IMG/VR virus record: IMGVR_UViG_3300045988_169095
DNA length: 64,000 bases
Strand: one strand, 5' to 3'
From: a virus
Part shown: positions 10,846 to 20,849 of the stretch, piece by piece
Layout: every line of letters begins with the position of its first letter
How positions within the stretch are numbered: position 1 is the first letter of the stretch
Made by a program: the position numbers and the translations under genes
The notes under the pieces: generated by a model
The model's input: the letters and a program-made list of their open reading frames with translations, nothing else
What the model was told of the DNA's origin: nothing
Database searches by the model: none

Positions 10846-11571
10846 ACAAAAAATCTGTTCTCGAATCGCACTCCTTTTGAGAAGTGTTATCTCGTAGAAA
10901 ACGTAAAACAGCTTTCGTTCATTCCTGGGAATCGTAATCTCAGAATGGCTCATGTCAAAAGCATTTTCAAAGCCTTCCTTAACGGAGAGTGGATTCCTCC
11001 CGTGTTTGTCACTCCCAAAGGAGAGGTACTGGATGGTCAGCATCGTATCGCAGCATTTCGTATGCTGAAGGAGAAATACCCTGACAGCAAAGCAGCTCTT
11101 CCTGTGATGGTTGTTAATGCAGACGAATCAGCTCTGTTGTCGGCAATCAAGTTTAATTCGGGACATGCCAATTGGGTGATTGAGGACTACATGAGAGCGC
11201 ATCTGGAGAAAGGTATTCATGGGTATGAGCAGCTTCGTGACTTTTTGAAGGCTTACCCTGAATTCGAAATCAAAGCTGCAATCCAGCTTATCAAGGGTAA
11301 GCACTCTACGAAAGAGTTCAAAGAAGGAGCTCTGAAAATCTCTGACGAAGAGTACATGGAAGCTTCCAAAAAGGCTGCTGCTCTGTGTCTTATCTCAGTG
11401 AAACTCAACACCAAGGTCGTTTTCCGTCGGGATATCGTGGTGGCATTCTACCGCGTATGGGATAAAATCCCCAATATCCAGACGTATGTCAAACGACTGA
11501 GTCTCTTCAAAATGCCGCTCACTGAATCCCGTAAAGAATGGGAGAGAGCGTACGAGGACTTACTGCGGTAA
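10846..11571 (+). CDS. ParB/Srx-superfamily DGQHR-domain protein (DndB-like).
   Basis: The VLDGQHRIAAF motif. ATG at 10846, downstream of the tRNA. Confidence 0.55.
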   Translation, partial: TKNLFSNRTPFEKCYLVENVKQLSFIPGNRNLRMAHVKSIFKAFLNGEWIPPVFVTPKGEVLDGQHRIAAFRMLKEKYPDSKAALPVMVVNADESALLSAIKFNSGHANWVIEDYMRAHLEKGIHGYEQLRDFLKAYPEFEIKAAIQLIKGKHSTKEFKEGALKISDEEYMEASKKAAALCLISVKLNTKVVFRRDIVVAFYRVWDKIPNIQTYVKRLSLFKMPLTESRKEWERAYEDLLR

Positions 11572-11574
11572 GAC

Positions 11575-12230
11575 CTCTATAAGTCAATAAAGTTTTTACT
11601 TTATGCCTGCTACGATTTTCGAGCGTGTGATTAAATAGAAATTCCTTTAAGGAATTCTATTATGAACGCAGGTCGGTGATGGTCACTATCTCAGCCTCGC
11701 CACAACGAAATACGCGCTGTCTGCTGTTGTTTTCTTTTTACATAACTTGAATCAACTGGATTAAACCTTGATTTAGAGAGGGAATTAAAGGCAATCCTTA
11801 TAAATAAGCCTGTATTTTACTTCTGCCGTGGTAACGCAGATGAATAAGTGTTTGGTTGATTTAAGGTGAATCGTTTTCTTTGATTGTAGGTTCTTGTCGT
11901 AAGAAGTAACCTACGGGTTGTAGAGTTCGGGCTAACAAGCCCTTAAACCTACTTAATCAACTCTACAAGCTTTGTAAATTTAGTCACTTTACAAAGTGTA
12001 ACTCTACCTGCTGAGCGAGTCCTCTTACGGAGTTCGAGGAAGGATGCAGGACGACTTGCGCCAAGGTCCGAAGAATGTCTACTTCGTCGACACAGCAAGA
12101 GATCTTTACTTGAAGGCTCATACTTTCTTTGTTTGTCCAGAGAGTGTAAAGATTTTAATATTTATGTGGCCGATTAATTTATCTATATCTGTAGCCTGGC
12201 AAGCGTTGACAATGCAGATATTTTTTTAAT
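11575..12230 (+). ncRNA. Candidate large structured ncRNA (ORF-poor and stem-loop-rich, about 650 nt).
   Basis: No credible ORF. Multiple hairpins, including GGGCTAACAAGCCC and CTTTGTAAA..TTTACAAAG. The motif AACTCTAC recurs three times. Confidence 0.3.
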
Positions 12231-12536
12231 TTGAAAATTATGATTGGAATATATATATTCTGGGGAGTGATGACTATCTTATCCTTTTCACTATGGTTCA
12301 TTGCGAGAGCTGCGTGGATTAAGAATACTCCTGATAAAAATAAATGTTTTTGGGTTTGTTTAGTAGGAACAATTCTTATACAATTTTTATTATTTGCAGC
12401 AGTAGAAACCGCAAAACCTAAAACAACTCTTCCAACAGAGAAAGTAAAAATTACTATTAATAGTAACATTCCTAGAGATTCTATAGAATTAATAGTCAAT
12501 TCCAATTATGAAGCACATAGTACTGATCTCCCATAA
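12231..12536 (+). CDS. Small membrane protein.
   Basis: 101 aa with two TM helices. Confidence 0.4.
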   Translation: MKIMIGIYIFWGVMTILSFSLWFIARAAWIKNTPDKNKCFWVCLVGTILIQFLLFAAVETAKPKTTLPTEKVKITINSNIPRDSIELIVNSNYEAHSTDLP

Positions 12537-12676
12537 CAGCGAAAATTCTTGGAAAGGTTTTTCAAGTTATAAAGAGGCTTTACAGTATATGGATTATTTA
12601 GAGGAACAGTTTGACGATATCACTGTAGAACTGGCCTATCTTTCTGAATAAGAAATTTAATCAAACAATAAACAGT

Positions 12677-12865
12677 ATGAAGGGTGGAAAACCTGGACTG
12701 AATGTCCGTCGCAAAGGTGCTCTTGCTCGCCTAGAAGCTACGTATGCAGCTTTCAAAAAAGCAGGAAAAGACAAGGAAATCAAAGGGAAGATCATTCCTT
12801 TTGACCATGAACTCGCTCGTATGGAGCGTGAAATGGAAGTACTCAAATCTCGAATCTACAACTAA
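12677..12865 (+). CDS. Small basic protein.
   Basis: 62-aa ORF. Confidence 0.35.
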   Translation: MKGGKPGLNVRRKGALARLEATYAAFKKAGKDKEIKGKIIPFDHELARMEREMEVLKSRIYN

Positions 12866-12876
12866 AGAGAAAACAC

Positions 12877-13065
12877 ATGGCAATTATCGGACAAGTACAT
12901 CGTATCACTGAGAAACTCAGACTGGAAGCGATGAAAAAGGAAGCACGTCGGACTCGTCATTACATTCAGAAAATCGAGTTCTTCAACCCGAAAACGAAAA
13001 AGAAAGAGATTCGGGAGATCGAACATTTCAAGCCCAAGAAGAAAAAGGAAGAAACCGCAGCGTAA
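12877..13065 (+). CDS. Small basic K/E-rich protein.
   Basis: 62-aa ORF. Confidence 0.35.
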   Translation: MAIIGQVHRITEKLRLEAMKKEARRTRHYIQKIEFFNPKTKKKEIREIEHFKPKKKKEETAA

Positions 13066-13073
13066 AGCTGTAG

Positions 13074-13146
13074 AGAGCTATAGTATTTATAGGTAAGTAC
13101 ACTACTCTGAGGAGTAGAGATAGAGGTTCAAATCCTCTTAGCTCTC
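13074..13146 (+). tRNA. tRNA-like gene with a non-canonical anticodon arm (6-bp stem CTACTC/GAGTAG with a 4-nt loop, or an 8-nt loop TCTGAGGA). Identity unresolved.
   Basis: Acceptor AGAGCTA/TAGCTCT. D-stem GTAT/GTAC. T-arm AGAGGTTCAAATCCTCT. Confidence 0.4.
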
Positions 13147-13283
13147 CAAGACTTTTAAAATTTGTATAATGGAAAAAGTGACACAAAATGTACCTGATAC
13201 AGGTTATACAGATCCTGATGAATTCGTGAATGACCCTTGTATCGAAGCCATAGAGGATGAAGAACTTCTTAACATAGAATAAT

Positions 13284-13703
13284 ATGTACATAATAACTTT
13301 AATTTTAGGAATTGTAGGTGTCGTCCTTCTTGCTTTTGCAATCAGGGAAGATGAAGATGATCGAGCCTTCCCGTTGGGAATACTATCAGTAGTCTCTCTG
13401 ATATGCTCAGTGATGCTCTGGTGCTATACTGACACCAAGCATGAACGAGAACAACCCTTAACAACAATTTCAACTTTTGTTGAGGAGCATTCTCAATACC
13501 TCTCTCCAACTACAGTGAGAACTATAAGTGCAGCACCTATTCGGAAAATGCCTGATGGATGTTTCGTATATAGTGTTATTCTGGTTGATCAGGATTCTAT
13601 GTATACGTATTCTGCAGTTCTGGACCCTGAGAACATTGAGGTAGTTAATTTTATTCTCGAAGAATCTATTCCTCGACTCGAAAATCATCAAAATAAAAAA
13701 TAA
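13284..13703 (+). CDS. Membrane protein.
   Basis: 139 aa with an N-terminal TM segment. Confidence 0.45.
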   Translation: MYIITLILGIVGVVLLAFAIREDEDDRAFPLGILSVVSLICSVMLWCYTDTKHEREQPLTTISTFVEEHSQYLSPTTVRTISAAPIRKMPDGCFVYSVILVDQDSMYTYSAVLDPENIEVVNFILEESIPRLENHQNKK

Positions 13704-13706
13704 ACA

Positions 13707-14369
13707 ATGGCAAAAAATCGTCTTTTTGGTTGGATGTTCGTTGAGGACTCCAATAAAGAGCCTGAGACAGTTAAACCTCGTACTTCACAGGAAGCGTCTG
13801 CTCCTGCTGCGGTTGCTTTTCCCAGTCCTGTCGTAACTTCTGTGCCTGCTCCTACGATTATGGCATCAGGAGATGTAGATACCAAATTGGTGGAACTCCT
13901 GGAACGCAAGATCAACGAAGCAAATCTTCCTGGTCCTGACTATCTGGAACTTCTCCAGTCTGCGGAACAGATGAAGCAGTATATCCCTGATGAGACTACA
14001 CGTCTCAAAGCTGCTTTTGGTTCCATTCAGGGCATGGATCCTCGGATGACGAAGGATGTCGTTCTGGCATCGATTGACACCTATCTGGGTGTAATTGAAG
14101 CTGAACGAGGGAAAGCAAAGCTTCGCATGGAAAAGCTTCGTAAGGAAACTGTCGAGGATAAGGCAGAAGAGCTGAAGGCAACAAATCTTCGTATCGAGCA
14201 GCTTCGTGAGGAACTGAAAACTCTCACGGACAAGTCGATTGATCTCAATTCCGAAATTCAGAAGAATACGGCAGAGACGACCGCATTTGAAGCTCGAACG
14301 AATGCGACCATCGACAAGGTTACGAATCGCCTGAACGAGGACAAGGTCCGACTGGCACAAATTCTGTAA
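13707..14369 (+). CDS. Coiled-coil protein with a Pro/Ala-rich N-terminus, possibly PspA/IM30-like.
   Basis: 220 aa. Heptad-rich, GC-rich. Confidence 0.45.
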   Translation: MAKNRLFGWMFVEDSNKEPETVKPRTSQEASAPAAVAFPSPVVTSVPAPTIMASGDVDTKLVELLERKINEANLPGPDYLELLQSAEQMKQYIPDETTRLKAAFGSIQGMDPRMTKDVVLASIDTYLGVIEAERGKAKLRMEKLRKETVEDKAEELKATNLRIEQLREELKTLTDKSIDLNSEIQKNTAETTAFEARTNATIDKVTNRLNEDKVRLAQIL

Positions 14370-14371
14370 GT

Positions 14372-15406
14372 ATGATGCTGCCTGAAGGTTCAAGTCTCTC
14401 TAACTGGGAAAAACCAGGAGGCAAAACTGGTATGGTAGTTTTGGGTTTGTTAGGTGCAGGAGGGTTGATGCTTTTTTATAAAGCTCTTCCTTTCCTGATT
14501 ACTCTGGCATCTAATACACTGTACTTTGGGCTGCTCCTGGGATTAATTGCAGGAATTATCTATCTCCTGTGTGATCCCAAGTTCAGGAAAATCTGCTCTG
14601 CCACTTATTTTATGTTAATGAGAAAGCTGACTGGATTGGTTATTGAAATCGATCCTATTGCTATCGTGGAACAACGTATCCGTGATATGCAGAAAAAGTC
14701 AGCTGACATTAAAAAGGTAATGGGAGATCTCAGAGGTTGTATCATTCGTTCTAAGAACGATATTCAGAACGATACAAGGGAAATGCGTAATTGCATGGAT
14801 GAAGCACAAGTGTCTGAGCGTAATGGAAACATTGCAATGGCAACAATTCAAAAGCGCCAAGCACTTCGTCTTAAAGAATCGTTAGATGATCAGTTACTTG
14901 CTCTTAAGAACTCAGAAATGTGGTTTGATAAGCTTAAAAAGCTTGAAGAGTATGCTAATCTGACGATTCAGGATGTTACTAACGAAGTAAATATTCGTAA
15001 GAAAACATTCGAGCGCATTCGTGCCCAGCACAAAGCTTTCAAATCTGTAATGTCTATCGTTAAGGGAGACCCTGACGAATTGGCAATGTTCACTGATGCT
15101 ATGGATTTCATGGCAAAGGATATCTCGGATAAAATCGGAGAGATGGAACATGTCATTGACTCTACTACGGGTATGCTGGCTGACCTGGACGCAAAGAATG
15201 GTGTTGCCAATATGAGGGCAGAAGAATTGTTGGAACGATACAACAAGTCAGGAATTGACAGTCTCTTTAATAAGTTCTCTGATGGTCGTAAGGCTATCGC
15301 TGCACCGAAAGTAGGGGAGTATGTTCAGTTCCAAGAAATTCTCAAAGTCCCCGTAAATGGTAACGAAGCCGCTCCCAAGTCCCTCGACGATTTCTGGGGT
15401 GAGTAA
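14372..15406 (+). CDS. Membrane-anchored coiled-coil protein, possibly TelA/PspA-like.
   Basis: 344 aa. Two N-terminal TM helices followed by a long helical domain. Confidence 0.45.
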   Translation: MMLPEGSSLSNWEKPGGKTGMVVLGLLGAGGLMLFYKALPFLITLASNTLYFGLLLGLIAGIIYLLCDPKFRKICSATYFMLMRKLTGLVIEIDPIAIVEQRIRDMQKKSADIKKVMGDLRGCIIRSKNDIQNDTREMRNCMDEAQVSERNGNIAMATIQKRQALRLKESLDDQLLALKNSEMWFDKLKKLEEYANLTIQDVTNEVNIRKKTFERIRAQHKAFKSVMSIVKGDPDELAMFTDAMDFMAKDISDKIGEMEHVIDSTTGMLADLDAKNGVANMRAEELLERYNKSGIDSLFNKFSDGRKAIAAPKVGEYVQFQEILKVPVNGNEAAPKSLDDFWGE

Positions 15407-16142
15407 ATTCTTTCTGAATAATAGAAATATTGCTATATGTATTCTTCTGAATACTGTAGTGATATTTCTGTTGTCCTTTCATCGATTCCAACATGTCCTT
15501 TTGCCACTAGATGTGGCGTTTACCATATTCTTTATAATAGAGATGATTGTCAAGATTAGATGTCTTGGTAAATTATTCTTTAAGGATAAAGAATGTGTTT
15601 TTGATTTATTAATTGTTGTAGTTTCATCAATCCCATTATTTGGGTTATTCAGTTTAGATTGGATTCAAGTAATGCGATTGACTCGAATATTTAAGAGTCT
15701 TCGATTGTTTGAATTGATTCCTAATTACAAAAAATTACTCATCAATTTTAGGTTAGTAATTCGAAGTTGCATTGGAATCTTAGTAGGATTATCTATTTTG
15801 ATTTTTCTATTATCAATTATTCTGTCTTCTTTATATGGAAATATAGTTCCAGAGTATTTTGGAAATCCCCTTGAAAGTATTTATTCAGTTTTCCGATTGT
15901 TTTCTATTGAGGGTTGGTATGATATTCCAAATGCTATTGCTGAGCGTAGTTCCTATGTAATGGGATATTTATCTAAGTTTTTCTTATCAGGTATAGTTCT
16001 TGTTTTTGGTATATTCGGAATGGGATTTGTATCATCTATGTTTATTGATGAGGTAACTTCAGATAATAATGATGAAGTTCTACAACGATTAAGTAAGTTA
16101 GAAGAAATTTTAAAGAAAATACAAGAAAATGGCACAACTTAA
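15357..16142 (+). CDS. Voltage-gated cation-channel-like protein (6 TM, BacNaV/NaChBac-like).
   Basis: S1-S6 segments. S4 with Arg every third position (RLTRIFKSLRLF). Pore helix and filter FSIEGW. C-terminal coiled coil. The start may be GTG at 15398. Confidence 0.5.
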   Translation: MVTKPLPSPSTISGVSKFFLNNRNIAICILLNTVVIFLLSFHRFQHVLLPLDVAFTIFFIIEMIVKIRCLGKLFFKDKECVFDLLIVVVSSIPLFGLFSLDWIQVMRLTRIFKSLRLFELIPNYKKLLINFRLVIRSCIGILVGLSILIFLLSIILSSLYGNIVPEYFGNPLESIYSVFRLFSIEGWYDIPNAIAERSSYVMGYLSKFFLSGIVLVFGIFGMGFVSSMFIDEVTSDNNDEVLQRLSKLEEILKKIQENGTT

Positions 16143-17655
16143 GCCAGGATTCAAAGTAGTCCTGATCATGGTCGCTGTAATTGCAGCATTTTTCGTAATC
16201 AAAGCCGTCGTCCCTTCCTCCTCGTCGTCGGGGTCATCCTCTACTTCGGGTCTCGGCGACATCTTCGGAGGAAAACCGACCATCAACATCGGAGTTAACA
16301 CGTATGCGGGGTTCGCTCCCATCGTGTGGATTAATGGTGGTCTTCGTCCCAATGACGAGTCTATCCTGACTAAGGAGTATGGCATTCGTGCCAATATCAT
16401 TATCCAGGATGATTTTGTTGCTGGACGTAACGCTTTCCTGAATGGGGATATCGACCTTATTTATTGTACTACGGATGTATTGGCCGTAGAGATGGGTGAA
16501 GGTTCCGCAATGAACAGTGCTAAGTATGTAATGATGCTTAACCGTTCTCAGGGGGCAGATGCAATGGTAGTTACCAAGAATATTCGTACCGTTGCAGATC
16601 TTAAGGGTAAAAAGATTGCAGTAGCTGAAGGAACTGCATCTCATACTCTTCTTCTGAATATTCTTGAAACGAACGGGATCAGTCAGCATGACGTAACACT
16701 TGTGAAAGTTGATAACGGTGGTGCTGCAGCTGACACATTCAAAGCAGGTCAGGTAGATGCTTGTGTTACATGGGCACCTGATGACCAGGCTTGTGTAGAT
16801 GCTATTCCTGGTTCGAGAGTCCTCGTTTCAACCAAACATGCAAAAGACCTTGTAACAGATGGTCTTGTAGGAAAGGCAGAGTGGCTGGATAAGAATCATA
16901 ACGATGTTAAAAAACTTATTTCTGCAATTCTCTATGCTAATTCTACCCTGAATCAGAATCCGAATGCAGTGAAAGAAGCTTCGAAGATCTTCGCAAAGGC
17001 GTTTGGAACTGATCCTGAGTTTGCAGAATTGGGGTGTGGGAATATCTGGTTCGCTACTCTCGGTGATGAAGAAAATTTCTTTGGAATGACTTCCGATTAT
17101 ATGGGAATGAAGGCTGAAGAAATCTATTCAAAGATGGCTCGAACCTATGCTAGCCTTGGGCTTACTAAAAGTCCTCTGGGTTGGCGTAAAGTTTCCGACA
17201 TGTCGTTCATCGAGGAGCTTTCCAATGAGGGTACTGTACAAGGCAATCAGGCTCCTCAACCCGCAGTTAAGTTCTCTGCTGTAACATCAGAAGTCAGGGA
17301 AAAACAGGCAATTTCTAATAAGAAGTTGACTATTAATTTCCCTGTCAATGGTGACATCCTCGACAATGATGCTCGAGCTCTTATTGATCGAGAGTTTGTT
17401 CCGATTGCGAAGCAGTTCAACAATGCACGTGTTCGTATTGAAGGTAACACTGATAATACAGGTAATCGTGCGTACAACGAGTCTCTTTCATCTCGACGGG
17501 CTCAGGCTGTAGCTAATTATTTAATTAATGACTACGGTTTTGATCCCAATCGATTCATTATCGTTGGTAACGGTCCCAAGAATGCAATCCGTGATGGTGT
17601 GCAGGGTTCCAACATCAACTACCGAACAACTGATTTCATGCTCGTAACTGAGTAG
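16129..17655 (+). CDS. ABC-transporter substrate-binding protein (NMT1/SsuA/TauA family) fused to a C-terminal OmpA/MotB-like domain.
   Basis: N-terminal TM anchor, periplasmic binding fold, and a C-terminal NTDNTGNRAYNESLSSRRAQAV OmpA motif. Confidence 0.55.
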   Translation: MAQLKPGFKVVLIMVAVIAAFFVIKAVVPSSSSSGSSSTSGLGDIFGGKPTINIGVNTYAGFAPIVWINGGLRPNDESILTKEYGIRANIIIQDDFVAGRNAFLNGDIDLIYCTTDVLAVEMGEGSAMNSAKYVMMLNRSQGADAMVVTKNIRTVADLKGKKIAVAEGTASHTLLLNILETNGISQHDVTLVKVDNGGAAADTFKAGQVDACVTWAPDDQACVDAIPGSRVLVSTKHAKDLVTDGLVGKAEWLDKNHNDVKKLISAILYANSTLNQNPNAVKEASKIFAKAFGTDPEFAELGCGNIWFATLGDEENFFGMTSDYMGMKAEEIYSKMARTYASLGLTKSPLGWRKVSDMSFIEELSNEGTVQGNQAPQPAVKFSAVTSEVREKQAISNKKLTINFPVNGDILDNDARALIDREFVPIAKQFNNARVRIEGNTDNTGNRAYNESLSSRRAQAVANYLINDYGFDPNRFIIVGNGPKNAIRDGVQGSNINYRTTDFMLVTE

Positions 17656-17656
17656 T

Positions 17657-18493
17657 ATGCAGTTGTTCAAAATGGGTGGGACAATCACCTATAAACAAGC
17701 ATTGGCAACAGGTATCATAGGAGCAATAGTTCTGCTGCTCCTATGGTATCTAGTTACCATGTCAGGGGAAATCATTCGTCCTCAGATTTTACCGAATCCT
17801 ATAAATGTGCTCAAGGCATATCCAGATTTAATCTCTAACTCAGCCCTCTTTACCAATACTTGGTATACAATAAAGCTGAATCTTATGGGATATTTCTATG
17901 CTTTAATCATTGCAATCCCTTTGGGCCTTATTATAGGATTGTTTCCCGTTACTAAAGCGTTATTTGGCAAGTATTTTGATGCCCTTCGTTATCTCCCTAT
18001 ACCTGCAGTGTCTGGCATTTTTATCGCTGCTATAGGTATTGGATTCGATATGAAGGCTAGTTTTTTGGCTTTCGGCATTATTATTTACATTCTTCCTGTC
18101 GTTGTTCAACGAGTTTCCGAACTTCAGAATCCCGCTAATGATAAGGATTATGTGTATTTACAAACCATTTCAACGTTAGGTGCAACTAATTGGCAGAAAT
18201 TTCGATACGTTTATTTTCCTTATGTAATGCAGCGAGTTTCCACTGATGTCATTAATCTAACTGCTATTTCTTACACTTATATAGTGATTGCAGAAACCCT
18301 TAACAAGGAAGGTGGCATTGGTGCGCTGATAAACATAATGAGCAGACAGTCAAGAACTGCCGAAGTCTATGCACTTCTCTTCTTGATTATTGCTATTGGA
18401 ATTCTCCAAGATGTCCTTCTAAAGAAATTGGATGTTGTGCTCTTTCCTTCAAAGTACAATAAGCCATCCATCAAATCCAAAATAATGAAATAA
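17657..18493 (+). CDS. ABC-transporter permease (SsuC/TauC family).
   Basis: Six TM helices and an EAA-type loop (TLGATNWQKFRYVYFP). Confidence 0.6.
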   Translation: MQLFKMGGTITYKQALATGIIGAIVLLLLWYLVTMSGEIIRPQILPNPINVLKAYPDLISNSALFTNTWYTIKLNLMGYFYALIIAIPLGLIIGLFPVTKALFGKYFDALRYLPIPAVSGIFIAAIGIGFDMKASFLAFGIIIYILPVVVQRVSELQNPANDKDYVYLQTISTLGATNWQKFRYVYFPYVMQRVSTDVINLTAISYTYIVIAETLNKEGGIGALINIMSRQSRTAEVYALLFLIIAIGILQDVLLKKLDVVLFPSKYNKPSIKSKIMK

Positions 18494-18495
18494 GT

Positions 18496-19332
18496 ATGGG
18501 GCTCTTTGATGGTTTAACTGGATCCGTTCCAGTTCCCACATCTCGTTATGAGGCTGTGGATGTAATTAACTTGAAAAATCTTAACCAGTCTTTTGATACT
18601 CCTAAAGGAAAGTTCACTCTCTTTAAGGATTTTAGTCTGGATATAAAAGATTTCTCAGGAGAAGGGCAGTTTATCAGTATCTTAGGAAAGAGTGGTTGTG
18701 GTAAATCTCAGCTGCTCAAAATCATCTCTGGGCTTACACAGCCAGATTCAGGTGAAGTTCTTGTTTATGGGAAACCACAGACAGGAAAAATTCCTATGGT
18801 ATTTCAGCAGTATTCTTCATTTCCATGGATGTCAGTTCTTGACAATGTAAAACTTCCGCTCATACTTCGAGGAGTTTCTGATAAAGAAGCTACAGAGAGG
18901 GCTATGGAAATGATCAAAATTGTAGGTCTGGAAGGTAATGAAACTAAATGGGGTCAGTATCCTGTGTTATCGGGAGGACAGCTTCAACGAGTTTCAATGG
19001 CGCGAGCCCTGGTTGCAGATAACAAAATTCTTTTGTTAGATGAAGCCACTGGTGCATTAGATATTGTTATGAAACGAGAGATTCAGAACACCATTTTGGA
19101 TATCTATTATAACGCCAAATTCGATCCTACAATCCTCAATGTTACACATAGCATTGAGGAGGCTGTATATCTCTCAAATCGAATTTACATTTTAGCTCCT
19201 AATCCCTGTAAAGTTCAGGCTGTCATTGATGTTAACTTTGACGGTAGGAGAACGGATGCAATTCGTCAAACTACAGCATTTGCAAATTATGTGAAACAAG
19301 TAGAACAAGTAATGTCAGAAACACATGAGTAA
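18496..19332 (+). CDS. ABC-transporter ATP-binding protein.
   Basis: Walker A GKSGCGKS, signature LSGGQLQRV, Walker B LLLDEAT. Confidence 0.7.
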   Translation: MGLFDGLTGSVPVPTSRYEAVDVINLKNLNQSFDTPKGKFTLFKDFSLDIKDFSGEGQFISILGKSGCGKSQLLKIISGLTQPDSGEVLVYGKPQTGKIPMVFQQYSSFPWMSVLDNVKLPLILRGVSDKEATERAMEMIKIVGLEGNETKWGQYPVLSGGQLQRVSMARALVADNKILLLDEATGALDIVMKREIQNTILDIYYNAKFDPTILNVTHSIEEAVYLSNRIYILAPNPCKVQAVIDVNFDGRRTDAIRQTTAFANYVKQVEQVMSETHE

Positions 19333-19504
19333 AATCAATTTCAAAGCTTTTCCTATGTATTTCAAGGAGAAGGTCTATGATGCCGAGGGCAATGTAAAGC
19401 GTAACAAAGATGGCGAAATCGTTTACCAGCGCGTACAGCGTATGGTACGTCATAACGCAGCCTACTTTCCTAACCGAAAGTAAAACGGTTCTTTGAAACT
19501 CTGG

Positions 19505-19531
19505 TCGGAGATTAAACTCTCCGACTTTTAT
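19505..19531 (+). terminator. Rho-independent terminator.
   Basis: Stem GTCGGAG/CTCCGAC followed by TTTTAT. Confidence 0.5.
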
Positions 19532-19602
19532 GGTGGAGTCGTCTAGCGATTTAGGACGCCAGTTCTCAGCTGGAAACAGTAGTTTGAATCTACTCTCCAC
19601 TA
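19532..19602 (+). tRNA. tRNA with a Glu-type body. Anticodon loop TTCTCAG, probably CTC.
   Basis: Acceptor GGTGGAG/CTCCACT with G1.U72. D-arm TCGTCTAGCGATTTAGGAC. T-arm AGTAGTTTGAATCTACT. Confidence 0.45.
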
Positions 19603-19806
19603 CACTATTTTAATTATTTAATTTAGTTAGGGGTGCTCCTATATAATGCACGGTAGGATATTACCTAAGTATGCCCGAGCTAGTTGCTGAGAATCTCGTT
19701 AAACTTTAGAAATGTGGGTTTCAGAATTTATAATCCCCCGCAGCTAAAAATTCCCAGATACTATCAACTGGGAGCCTAACGGTATCCTCTTTGATAGTAT
19801 CTATTT

Positions 19807-19879
19807 GGTCTGTTCGTCTAGTGATCTAGGACATTATCTTCTCAAGGTAAAGACAGAGGTTTGAATCCTCTACAGACTA
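19807..19879 (+). tRNA. tRNA-Glu(CTC).
   Basis: Acceptor GGTCTGT/ACAGACT with G1.U72. Anticodon stem TTATC/GGTAA with loop TTCTCAA. Confidence 0.5.
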
Positions 19880-19895
19880 CTAATATTAGTAAACT

Positions 19896-20270
19896 ATGAA
19901 GCTTAACAAATATAAAATGAAAATAGGAATTCCTGAGTCTGTGGAATTTCTTGTATATGGAAAAGATAATTTTGAGATTCCCAAGGAGATAGAAGAAATA
20001 ACTCTTCTTCAGGAAAATCTCAATAAAGAAGAACTGGATGCTAACTTTGATCTTCCTATATATGAATTTACTGATTTTATGATTCTTTTCCTTCCTTTTA
20101 AAGGGAAACAGAAGAGAACTAGGGACAAAATTCTAAATGAAGTAGGAATTGTTTGTTGGGGAGACTTAGAAGTTGCGTATTACAACATTCGAAAACATGG
20201 AAATGCTCTTTCTAAAAAACAGCGGGAGCTAGTTATTGAAAAATACTCAGAAATAATCAATGGAATATAA
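19896..20270 (+). CDS. Hypothetical protein.
   Basis: 124-aa ORF. Confidence 0.4.
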   Translation: MKLNKYKMKIGIPESVEFLVYGKDNFEIPKEIEEITLLQENLNKEELDANFDLPIYEFTDFMILFLPFKGKQKRTRDKILNEVGIVCWGDLEVAYYNIRKHGNALSKKQRELVIEKYSEIINGI

Positions 20271-20526
20271 ACGTGTAAAACTCACAAAAGTAGGACTCAC
20301 TGGTAGAATTCCTGATGGATTGCATCCTAACGGAATTGAAGTGGGTTATATAGAGGAAGGTTATATGGTAGAGCCTCCTAAAGTTGGAGAAATGTTTCTT
20401 CTCTATCCTCACAATAAAGTAGCCTTTGGTAATACTCCCTATTTTCATACTTCTCTTGTAACAGAGGTAATCTCAGCTACTGAATTCAGAACGTTAAACA
20501 GTTTATATAAAATCGAAGTAATATAG
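20260..20526 (+). CDS. Hypothetical protein.
   Basis: 88-aa ORF. Confidence 0.4.
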   Translation: MEYKRVKLTKVGLTGRIPDGLHPNGIEVGYIEEGYMVEPPKVGEMFLLYPHNKVAFGNTPYFHTSLVTEVISATEFRTLNSLYKIEVI

Positions 20527-20849
20527 AAGGATTAGGTTGGTGGATATATTTGTGTTCTGTTGCTGGAGGGATATTAACTGTCTCATTGATATGCTCCATA
20601 GTATACTTAGCTGCTTTTTATTACTTCTGTTTTATATTGTAGTGATGAATGTGAATTGAGGACAGCCAAGAAATGGTGGAAATATACTGGCATCATTGGA
20701 ATAATTTCCATAGTGTTTACTATCTTGGTTCCTTCAAGATCTACCTGTTGCCAAATTTTTGGAGTTACAATTGCAACAGAAGTAATTAAAAATTCTGAGG
20801 CATTACAGGAGTTTCCTGGTAGGCACCGTATAAACTAAAGGATATAAGT

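Noticed and set aside
12044-12229. 61-aa plus-strand ORF inside the structured region.
   Set aside because: No start context. It lies within dense stem-loops, so more likely non-coding.
10738-19879. Reading the three TCTCA-loop tRNAs as additional UCA suppressors.
   Set aside because: With a 7-nt loop and U33, positions 34-36 are CTC, not TCA. Only the locus at 48348 has a true N-T-TCA-R-N loop.
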